DNA of 64,000 nucleotides from an uncultured Candidatus Saccharibacteria bacterium. GTDB lineage: Bacteria; Patescibacteriota; Minisyncoccia; Phycocordibacterales; GWA1-40-21. Positions within the stretch are counted from its first letter, which is position 1; the number at the start of each line of letters is the position of its first letter. Made by a program: the position numbers and the translations under genes. The notes under the pieces are model-generated. The model did not search any database. It saw only the letters and a program-made list of their open reading frames with translations, and was not told the origin of the DNA. The DNA is taken from NCBI GenBank assembly GCA_964562105.1, contig CAZLRP010000002.1:19222-83221 (forward strand), in the 5' to 3' direction. Below, in pieces: positions 47,665-55,097 of this stretch.

Positions 47665-49083
47665 CTATTTCGTTGACAATATTTCCACTAAAACTTTTTT
47701 AATTACTTGGGGATTTGCAGAACCTTTCGTTTCTTTCATTATTTGTCCGACAAAAAACATCAGCGCCGCTTCTTTTCCTGCCTTATAATCAGCCACAACT
47801 TTCGGATTTTCTTTTATCAATTTTTCTGCAATTTCTTTTATTGCGCCTTCATCAGATTTTTGTATCAATCCTTCTTTATTGGCTATTTCTTCTGGATCAC
47901 CTCCCTTTTCATACATAATTTTTAAAATATCTTTTGCACCACGAGAAGATAAAACATTCTTTGCAATCATGCTAATAAGCGTTGAGAAATTACTTGGAGT
48001 TAGTTTACCAAATGTAAATTCGCTTCCAGAGGCTTTTGAAAGTCCTACCAAATCAGACGTAATATAATTTGATACAGTTTTTGCACCCAACGATCCAAAA
48101 TTTTTAATTACTGATTCAAAAAATTCAGATACTTTTATATTATTCGCGTAAAATTCAATGTCTGCATTTGAAAGTCCGAAGTCTTTTTCATACCTTGTTC
48201 TTTTATCCCAAGGCAATTCCGGAAGTTCTTCCTTAAGCTTTTTCAAGTCAAAAACTTCGGAAATCATCATTTTTGGCAAATCCGGGTCTGGAAAATATCT
48301 ATAATCGTGAGAATCTTCTTTTATTCTTTGCGAATATGTTTTTTGTTTGCTTTCGTCCCAACCACGAGTTTCCTGAACAACTTTTTCTCCTTTTTCCAAG
48401 GCATCAATCTGCCTTTGAATTTCATAAGCCAATGCCCTTTCCAGAGTTCTAAAAGAATTCAAATTTTTAATCTCAACTTTTGTTCCAAGCTTGTCGGTAT
48501 CGGAAACGGAAATGTTCGCCTCAACCCTCATTTCCCCTTTTTCCATATTTGCATCTCCTGCTCCCAAGTATTGCAAAAGTAACTGGAGTTCTTTTGCAAA
48601 ATCAGCGGCTTGTTTGCCAGAATGAATTACAGGTTCCGTAACAAGTTCCATAAGCGGAACTCCCGAACGGTTAAAATCTACAAGCGAAAAATCTCCTGCG
48701 TCGTGAGTGGATGAACCTGTATCCTCTTCAAGATGAATTCTTGTTAGCTTTACTCCATTTATGGAACCGCCTAAAACTAAAGGATATTTGTATTGAGAAA
48801 TTTGATAACCTTTTGGAATATCGGGATAAAAATAATTTTTTCTGTCCCATTCCGTAAAATCTGCAATTTTTGAGCCACAAGCCAAACCAACTTTCAAAAC
48901 ATGCTTGATGGCTTCTTTATTTAAAACGGGCAAAGTTCCCGGCTGTGCAGTACAAATGGAACAAATATTTGAATTCGGTTTTTCTTCATCTGGATCATTC
49001 TTGCAAGAACAAAACATCTTTGTTTTTGTTTTGAGTTCCGCGTGGATTTCAAGTCCGATTGTAGCCTTATATTTTTCGTTCAT
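47665..49083 (-). CDS. gatB: Asp/Glu-tRNA amidotransferase subunit B
   Basis: IGLEIHAEL.TKTKMFC, RKNYFYPD, IHLEED, DFNRSGVPLMELVTEP, YRYFPDPDL. Confidence 0.98.
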   Translation of the reverse strand: MNEKYKATIGLEIHAELKTKTKMFCSCKNDPDEEKPNSNICSICTAQPGTLPVLNKEAIKHVLKVGLACGSKIADFTEWDRKNYFYPDIPKGYQISQYKYPLVLGGSINGVKLTRIHLEEDTGSSTHDAGDFSLVDFNRSGVPLMELVTEPVIHSGKQAADFAKELQLLLQYLGAGDANMEKGEMRVEANISVSDTDKLGTKVEIKNLNSFRTLERALAYEIQRQIDALEKGEKVVQETRGWDESKQKTYSQRIKEDSHDYRYFPDPDLPKMMISEVFDLKKLKEELPELPWDKRTRYEKDFGLSNADIEFYANNIKVSEFFESVIKNFGSLGAKTVSNYITSDLVGLSKASGSEFTFGKLTPSNFSTLISMIAKNVLSSRGAKDILKIMYEKGGDPEEIANKEGLIQKSDEGAIKEIAEKLIKENPKVVADYKAGKEAALMFFVGQIMKETKGSANPQVIKKVLVEILSTK

Positions 49084-49093
49084 ATTTGTTTTG

Positions 49094-49163
49094 TGTCATT
49101 CCCGTGTAAACGGGAATCTAGGTTGAATTTTAATAATGGATTCCCGCATTCGCGGGAATGACA
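49094..49163. repeat. REP-doublet element, copy 3, in the gatB leader
   Basis: Same arms and related spacer; lies between a TG-TATTAT -10 box and the gatB ATG. Confidence 0.9.
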
Positions 49164-49290
49164 ATACAAAAATACAAATAAATAATAGCATAAAAATTAT
49201 AAAATGAGCTTCATTTTTATCCTTGACAAAAGATTTATAATGAGGTACAATTCACAAGTAGCTAAATTTGTTCTTCAAAAGGAGAAAAAC

Positions 49291-49470
49291 ATGACAGATC
49301 AAATTTTTATAGCAATTTTTGTTCTTGTGAGTGCTTTTTCAGCTGGCAAATTTGTAGAAACACATTCGTCCTTTTGGCTTAGTGTATCAGTGGCTTGGGG
49401 ACTTTGGGTAATTTGTAACAGTATTTTAATAACAGGAAAAAACATTATCAAAGAAATTAAAGAAAAATAA
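49291..49470 (+). CDS. Small two-TM protein in an SD-led cassette
   Basis: TTGACA-17-TACAAT; AAAGGAG 6 nt before ATG. Confidence 0.72.
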   Translation: MTDQIFIAIFVLVSAFSAGKFVETHSSFWLSVSVAWGLWVICNSILITGKNIIKEIKEK

Positions 49471-49488
49471 GTGAAAGAGGATGTAACG

Positions 49489-49522
49489 AGCGGTATCTTT
49501 TATGAGGAGATGCCGCTTTTTT
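49489..49522 (+). terminator. Intrinsic terminator, identical to 50011-50044
   Basis: AGCGGTATCTTTTATGAGGAGATGCCGCTTTTTT. Confidence 0.85.
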
Positions 49523-49616
49523 AATTACATTTTTATCCATTTTTACAACTTGATAATACAATTATAATAATGTAGAGTTTTGCTAGATAGTTATATTTTA
49601 ACAAAGGAGGTATTTT

Positions 49617-49994
49617 ATGCCTATGATGTATTGTCCAATTTGTGGATATTTTTCATTTAATCCCAAGAAACAGAATCATCCCTTGCTAGGTGAACAACCT
49701 AACGACTGTCATGATCCTTGGAACCATTACACAGAAGAGCAAAGAAAAGAAATTAAAATGTTACCCGTAACTACAGAAAATTTATTTTGTGGTAAGTGCG
49801 ACAAGATATTTTCTGTCGGTTATGTGGAAAAGGTATTTTGTTCATCCGTCGCAGGAATTAAAGAGATAACTTGTCCACATTGTTTCGGGTATCCGCTTGC
49901 GCCAATAACAGAGTCTCATCTAAAAGCTGGTGAAAATGGTGGAGTAGTATTTCTTTCCGGCCTCGCACAAGAAACATTTGGAATTTCTCATTAA
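49617..49994 (+). CDS. Cys-rich, probable zinc-ribbon protein in an SD-led cassette
   Basis: CPIC, CGKC, CPHC; AAAGGAGGT before ATG. Confidence 0.75.
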   Translation: MPMMYCPICGYFSFNPKKQNHPLLGEQPNDCHDPWNHYTEEQRKEIKMLPVTTENLFCGKCDKIFSVGYVEKVFCSSVAGIKEITCPHCFGYPLAPITESHLKAGENGGVVFLSGLAQETFGISH

Positions 49995-50010
49995 AAAGCA
50001 CGGGGAGATA

Positions 50011-50044
50011 AGCGGTATCTTTTATGAGGAGATGCCGCTTTTTT
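50011..50044 (+). terminator. Intrinsic terminator, identical to 49489-49522
   Basis: 34-nt exact repeat. Confidence 0.85.
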
Positions 50045-50054
50045 TATTGTACAC

Positions 50055-50127
50055 TGTCATTCCCGCGGAGGCGGGAATCTAGGTTGAATTAAATTAATTC
50101 TGGATTCCCGCCTGCACGGGAATGACA
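50055..50127. repeat. REP-doublet element, copy 4
   Basis: TGTCATTCCCGCGGAGGCGGGAATCTAGG...CTGGATTCCCGCCTGCACGGGAATGACA. Confidence 0.9.
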
Positions 50128-50133
50128 CACGAT

Positions 50134-51147
50134 TTATTTTATAGCTCTTAGTATTTTAATCAGATTATCTTTCAGCCCTTTTATAGATTGGTCATCCAAA
50201 ACCGTCACAGTCAAAATGTTAGGATTTAACTTTGACATTTTTTTTATCGCTTGAGCTATTTTCTTATCTGCGTAAAGTCCGCGTGAAGTCCGCGTTTTTT
50301 CCGCGTCTTCCAGCAAATCTTTCTTTGTAAGGATTAGAACTTCTTTTTTTTCTGCGAGTTCTTCGCTGTAAACTTTGAGCTCATTTCTGATGACTTTGTA
50401 ATCTTTTACCAAATCTTCGCTATCAAGAGAAAGACAATGAAGCAAAGTTTTTGTCCTTTTTATATGTCTCAGAAATTTATGTCCAAGTCCCTTTCCTTCT
50501 GAAGCGCCTTCTATGAGTCCAGGAATGTCAGCCAAAATATAGCCATGCATATCTCCAAGCGAAGGTTCAAGCGTTGTAAATTGGTAAGCTCCGATTTTTG
50601 ATTTTGAATTGGTAAGGACATTTATCAAACTGGATTTTCCTGCATTTGGAAGCCCGATAAGCCCCGCATCAGCTACAAGTTCAACTTCAATGGAAAAATC
50701 CGCTTCTTCCGCAGATTTTCCGTCAGTTTGGTTTTCCGGAGATCTATTTACGGCATTTTTAAAATATTCGTTTCCAAGACCTCCCTTTCCGCCATTTAGT
50801 ATTTTTATTTTCTCGTCATCAGTAACCAGATTGAATTTTTCTCTTGTTTCAAGATTGGTAACGACAGAACCGATAGGTACATCTATTATCAAATCCGCGC
50901 CATTTTTTCCATGCATGCTTTTTTTCATTCCGTCTTCTCCTTTTTCTGCAATAAATTCTTTTGTATTTTTATATCTTGCAAGCACAGCAATATCGCGAAT
51001 GGCGCGTAAATATACATCGCCACCTTTTCCTCCATTTCCACCTGCAGGACCTGCTCTATCAATTCCCTTCTCGTGCCTCCAACGCACAACTCCGTTTCCT
51101 CCGTACCCGGCAGATATATGTATTTTTAATTCATCTATAAAAGCCAT
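50134..51147 (-). CDS. obgE: GTPase Obg/CgtA
   Basis: FIDE..I.ISAG.GGNG, GGNGGKGGDV, GLPNAGKSS, YQFTTL, ADIPGLIEGA, FLRHI. Confidence 0.97.
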   Translation of the reverse strand: MAFIDELKIHISAGYGGNGVVRWRHEKGIDRAGPAGGNGGKGGDVYLRAIRDIAVLARYKNTKEFIAEKGEDGMKKSMHGKNGADLIIDVPIGSVVTNLETREKFNLVTDDEKIKILNGGKGGLGNEYFKNAVNRSPENQTDGKSAEEADFSIEVELVADAGLIGLPNAGKSSLINVLTNSKSKIGAYQFTTLEPSLGDMHGYILADIPGLIEGASEGKGLGHKFLRHIKRTKTLLHCLSLDSEDLVKDYKVIRNELKVYSEELAEKKEVLILTKKDLLEDAEKTRTSRGLYADKKIAQAIKKMSKLNPNILTVTVLDDQSIKGLKDNLIKILRAIK

Positions 51148-51176
51148 AATTAGTTATAAAGTTAAAAGTTATAATG

Positions 51177-51521
51177 TTATAAAGTTTTAATAAAACCAGA
51201 TAATAATCTTGAGATATCCAAGGATAGATCGTTCAATCCTGTATATTCTTTATTATCTATATATTTCAAATCTTTAGCTAATGAAAGCATGGATCTTACT
51301 TCCGCACAAGAACCTTTCGCTATATAAAAAAACTGAATAATTTCTTTATTACTTTTTCTCTCAAATCCTTCGGCGATATTATTCATAATTGAAACCCCAG
51401 CTCTTTGTATTTGATCTTTAAATGAGTAATCTTTAGAAAACTTAAAAATACAATGGACTTGCAAAGTCAAAACTTTCGCTTTTTGCCAAGCTATAATATC
51501 TTCAAATTTCTCTATCTTCAT
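51177..51521 (-). CDS. Four-helix-bundle protein (23S rRNA IVS protein / Avd-like family)
   Basis: FEDIIAWQKA...KDQIQRA.VSIMNNIAEGFER...FFYIAKGSCAEVRSML. Confidence 0.92.
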   Translation of the reverse strand: MKIEKFEDIIAWQKAKVLTLQVHCIFKFSKDYSFKDQIQRAGVSIMNNIAEGFERKSNKEIIQFFYIAKGSCAEVRSMLSLAKDLKYIDNKEYTGLNDLSLDISRLLSGFIKTL

Positions 51522-51543
51522 TTGTATTTAAACTTTATAACTT

Positions 51544-52455
51544 TCAACTTTGTACTTTATAACTTGCAAGCGCGAGCTTCGCGAGCGCGATTGCTCCCTC
51601 TTTTGACTTTGCCACGGCGACGAATCTGTCATTATGACAAAAAATTGCGCCTGAAACTCCTGTTATTTTTTCCAAATCTCCGTCTCTTTTTCCAGACCAA
51701 CTTTCTGGAAAATATATTCTTCTTTCAAATTTTGCATCAATTTTTACAACAGCTTCAACGCTCCAAGTCTTATTTGGTTTTGGAGATATTACAAAAAGCG
51801 GCTCAGAATAACTAACAACAGTTTTTTTCCATGAATAATTGTCATCTAAAATAATAATTCGCTTATCTTCAGTTTTTTTATATATGTCCCGAACAATTTC
51901 AATAGCAATATAATTATCTTTTGCACGTTTTATTTCTCTTAAAAGCATTTTTTTAACTTCTTTCACAGCAAATAAGAATGATTTTAAATGATCTCCCTTT
52001 TCTCTCCATGTAGGGTTAAGTGCATGCACATAATCAAAAAAAGAATATGGCGATATTTTTTCGAAAATATTTTTATATATTTCTACACCACTATCTTCAG
52101 CATCTACTGGTTGAATTATTTTTTCATCAATTTTATCTGCTATTTCTTGAGAGTCAGCTATTTTTTCTCCATACTCTTTCCATACTAGACCGCTAGTGGC
52201 ATAAGGAATGCCATTTCCCCTTTTTTTATTCCAACCTTCCTCATGATGATCAAACTTATTTGTTTTTGGATTATATTCTCCTCCGACATCCAGAACGAAA
52301 TCCATATCTGATAAAATTTTCTTATTTCTTGTCCTAAAAATTTTTAATGGTTTTTTTAAATATAAAGATAAAATCGCTACAGAAAATACATCGTCCGGGT
52401 GAAACCTTCCGTCATGAACCGCGACTTTTATTTTTTTACTTTTTCGTAATGTCAT
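51544..52455 (-). CDS. MYG1/UPF0160 family DHH-like hydrolase
   Basis: HDGRFHPDDV, RTR, DVGG, FDHH, GLVWKEYG, FCHN..F. Confidence 0.92.
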   Translation of the reverse strand: MTLRKSKKIKVAVHDGRFHPDDVFSVAILSLYLKKPLKIFRTRNKKILSDMDFVLDVGGEYNPKTNKFDHHEEGWNKKRGNGIPYATSGLVWKEYGEKIADSQEIADKIDEKIIQPVDAEDSGVEIYKNIFEKISPYSFFDYVHALNPTWREKGDHLKSFLFAVKEVKKMLLREIKRAKDNYIAIEIVRDIYKKTEDKRIIILDDNYSWKKTVVSYSEPLFVISPKPNKTWSVEAVVKIDAKFERRIYFPESWSGKRDGDLEKITGVSGAIFCHNDRFVAVAKSKEGAIALAKLALASYKVQS

Positions 52456-52852
52456 CTCTGATTTCTTCTATATCCTTTGAAATATGATCTATCTTAACCC
52501 TGACATTTGTGATTTCTTCTTCCTCTTTAGCTACCTCGGCTTCAGTTTTATCTGTTACTTTTTTTTCTTTTTTAATTCCAGAAATAATAACTCTTTCTCC
52601 AATAAGGTTTGATACAAAAAGACCTGTCATAAGTAAGATGAGCGAAGACCAAATTACTGTAACCGGTTCATAAAAAAACCAACCCAAAAAACCACCCCTT
52701 GCCATTAAAATATCGGCTGTATGCCATATTCCTCTCCATAAAAGAATAGTCCCCATCCCACCGACAAATGCGTATATTATTGATCTGTGGCTCAACCTTA
52801 TTCTTACTCTATCTTCAAGCTTGTCAAAATAACTTACTATCGATTTAAACAT
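52436..52852 (-). CDS. Hypothetical membrane protein
   Basis: DKLEDRVR..LSH, LLWRGIWH, two TM helices, C-terminal coiled coil. Confidence 0.8.
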   Translation of the reverse strand: MFKSIVSYFDKLEDRVRIRLSHRSIIYAFVGGMGTILLWRGIWHTADILMARGGFLGWFFYEPVTVIWSSLILLMTGLFVSNLIGERVIISGIKKEKKVTDKTEAEVAKEEEEITNVRVKIDHISKDIEEIRDDITKK

Positions 52853-52862
52853 ATGAATCTTG

Positions 52863-53000
52863 TCCGCACACCAACTCTATCATCGTTACATTGTGTTTAC
52901 AGTATCATTAAACGTCAACTTTTATTTACTAAGAAAATTTGCTTTTATTTTACAAATCTCCTTTAGCAACAAAAACACAATGATAGAGTTAGTGTGCGGA
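52863..53000. mobile_element. MITE-like element, family B copy 2
   Basis: TIRs as at 13520-13655; last 35 nt identical. Confidence 0.8.
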
Positions 53001-53137
53001 TTAATTAAATTTAATAATGTAAGCATTATACACTAAAAACAATTAAAAAAAATGAGCTGTTTGTGAGTACACAACAGCCCAATGCAAAAGTATCAAAAGA
53101 TAGAAATATCGTTAAAAATCAACAGTTTTTATGATTC

Positions 53138-53431
53138 TTATAAGATAATTTTCTTTTTAAACGCTCTCCGTAATTTTATCTTTTTGTTTTTTATAGATTC
53201 AAGTTTTTTCTTATTAAATTTTTTATATTTGCAAACAGCATTAAGAACTTCTTCAATATCAGCAATTTCATCAATAGTTTCGTTATCTAAAAATTCTTTT
53301 ACTTCTTCAGTCAACTTATTTTTAAGTTTTTGCCAATATTCTTCATCACCAGCAATATGAAAACTGACTTTTTCACCTTTGCTTTTTATATATTCAGGAA
53401 TTTTGTCTCTTACTAATTTATTATATTTCAT
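53138..53431 (-). CDS. MazG-like NTP pyrophosphohydrolase (PRA-PH-like)
   Basis: YNKLVRDKIPE...KLTEEVKEF...EIADIEEV. Confidence 0.88.
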   Translation of the reverse strand: MKYNKLVRDKIPEYIKSKGEKVSFHIAGDEEYWQKLKNKLTEEVKEFLDNETIDEIADIEEVLNAVCKYKKFNKKKLESIKNKKIKLRRAFKKKIIL

Positions 53432-53436
53432 AGATT

Positions 53437-53865
53437 TTATGCATCAAAATAAATTTTTTCCGTTTTATAACTCTCTACAGCAAATGCACAAGCTTCAAAT
53501 ATCGGCTCGGGTAATTTTTCTATATCATACCACTTCCACGGTTCCGATTTGTCAGGTTCTAACGTCTTTGGTTCCCCGCTTTCCCAATCGGCAATAAGTC
53601 CTATATGCACATAATGTTTGGGCGCATATTTTTTGAGATTCAATAAAAACTGAAAACGTATATTTTTAATATTAACCCCGCATTCTTCAGCAATTTCTCG
53701 CTTGGCACAATTTTCAAACGATTCCATATATTCAAGATGACCGCCAGGAGAAGCATATTCCCCTTCACCGTGCGACCCTTTTCTTTTTCCAAGCAAAACT
53801 TTTCCATTCTTAACAATCATTATGCCTATGCCAACTTTTGGTCTTTGCTCTTTATTATTTTCCAT
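53437..53865 (-). CDS. NUDIX hydrolase (NUDT15/MTH2-like)
   Basis: RPKVGIG, LLGKRKGSHG, PGGHLEYMESFENCAKREIAEECG, EPDK..WKWY. Confidence 0.9.
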   Translation of the reverse strand: MENNKEQRPKVGIGIMIVKNGKVLLGKRKGSHGEGEYASPGGHLEYMESFENCAKREIAEECGVNIKNIRFQFLLNLKKYAPKHYVHIGLIADWESGEPKTLEPDKSEPWKWYDIEKLPEPIFEACAFAVESYKTEKIYFDA

Positions 53866-54379
53866 GACATTCTTTAAATCTTTTAGCACTACCACACGGA
53901 CACAAAGCATTATATATTTCAGTAAATTCTTTTATTAGCCATGAGCTAGATTGAACTTTCCCCCCTTTTCCAACACCAAAAACCATTCTGCACCCGATTT
54001 CTTCGCATACGGCAACCTCAGGAATATTACTTTTTACTCTATCTCCTCCATTTGCAAAAACATCCGGTTTAATTTTTCTAAGCTCCGTGCATATGCTCCT
54101 GTCGGCAGAATTTTTAGGGTGAGAGGTTACTACTACATCATCTACTCCTTTTATCGCCTTTATTATTTCTTTTCTCTCATGCTCCGACATAAATACATAT
54201 CCTTTCTTTTTTCTTAGCCAATTGTCATTATTCAAAATAACTATGAGTTTATCACCAAGTTTTTTTGCTTTTTGAATCATCCTTACATGTCCAATATGGA
54301 CAGGATCAAATCCCCCACTTACTGCAACAACTATTGATTTTTTCTTTCGTGTGTTTAAATTTTTAGATTTATTTGTCAT
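53855..54379 (-). CDS. Cytidylyl/adenylyltransferase (HIGH family) with C-terminal SEC-C motif
   Basis: SGGFDPVHIGH, FANGGDR, QSSS; CPCGSAKRFKECHG. Confidence 0.88.
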   Translation of the reverse strand: MTNKSKNLNTRKKKSIVVAVSGGFDPVHIGHVRMIQKAKKLGDKLIVILNNDNWLRKKKGYVFMSEHERKEIIKAIKGVDDVVVTSHPKNSADRSICTELRKIKPDVFANGGDRVKSNIPEVAVCEEIGCRMVFGVGKGGKVQSSSWLIKEFTEIYNALCPCGSAKRFKECHGK

Positions 54380-54441
54380 GACAATATTTCAGTATCATTT
54401 TTGATTAAGAAATAATTATAAAAATAATTTCATATAATATT

Positions 54442-55062
54442 TCATATTTTTCTAACATCGTCTTTTATCATTTTGATAATTTCTGGAAATTTAGGCACAT
54501 CAAAATGTCCATTTTTACTTTTGTAGACAATAATATTAGCATTTTTTAACTTTTTTCTGTATTTATCGGCGTGAGAAACTGGAACAACATCATCATCTTT
54601 GGAGAACATCATGTATAAATTTTTACAATTCTTTTCGATTAAAGTTAAATCGCTCTTGAGCTTAAACCCTCCGACTAAATCTTCTGCACTCGAAGAGTTA
54701 TCAAAGGGGGCACAGATCAAATAAGTTGATAATGCTTTTTTGGATAATTTATTTTCAGACAAATATTTAGCTAGGAAAATTCCACCTAATGAACATCCAA
54801 TTAAAATGTCATTATTCTTAAGAAAAGGGATGTATTTTTCAAAATATATCTCCCACTCATCATACTTTGCATCTTCAGACAATGGCATTCTTGGCCTAAT
54901 AATTTTAAAGTTTTTACCCAATTCTTTCTCAAAATAATCAGCAGCCCAATTTACTCTCTTATCAACCGAAACTTTTTTGTTTTTTAAGTATTTTAAATAA
55001 TCCTTTTTGTTTTTAAAAGTCATTCCGCCGTGAACTATTAATATTTGTGTTTTCTTTTTCAT
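54442..55062 (-). CDS. RBBP9/YdeN-family alpha/beta hydrolase
   Basis: IVHGG, GCSLGG, SKDDDVVP, GHF. Confidence 0.85.
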   Translation of the reverse strand: MKKKTQILIVHGGMTFKNKKDYLKYLKNKKVSVDKRVNWAADYFEKELGKNFKIIRPRMPLSEDAKYDEWEIYFEKYIPFLKNNDILIGCSLGGIFLAKYLSENKLSKKALSTYLICAPFDNSSSAEDLVGGFKLKSDLTLIEKNCKNLYMMFSKDDDVVPVSHADKYRKKLKNANIIVYKSKNGHFDVPKFPEIIKMIKDDVRKI

Positions 55063-55097
55063 ACTATTTTTACAAAATTTACAATTTTTCACTTCTA

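Noticed and set aside
51177-51521. Avd of a complete DGR paired with the DUF1566 gene
   Set aside because: No adjacent RT or template repeat; motifs fit the stand-alone IVS-type four-helix family; 8 kb from the putative target
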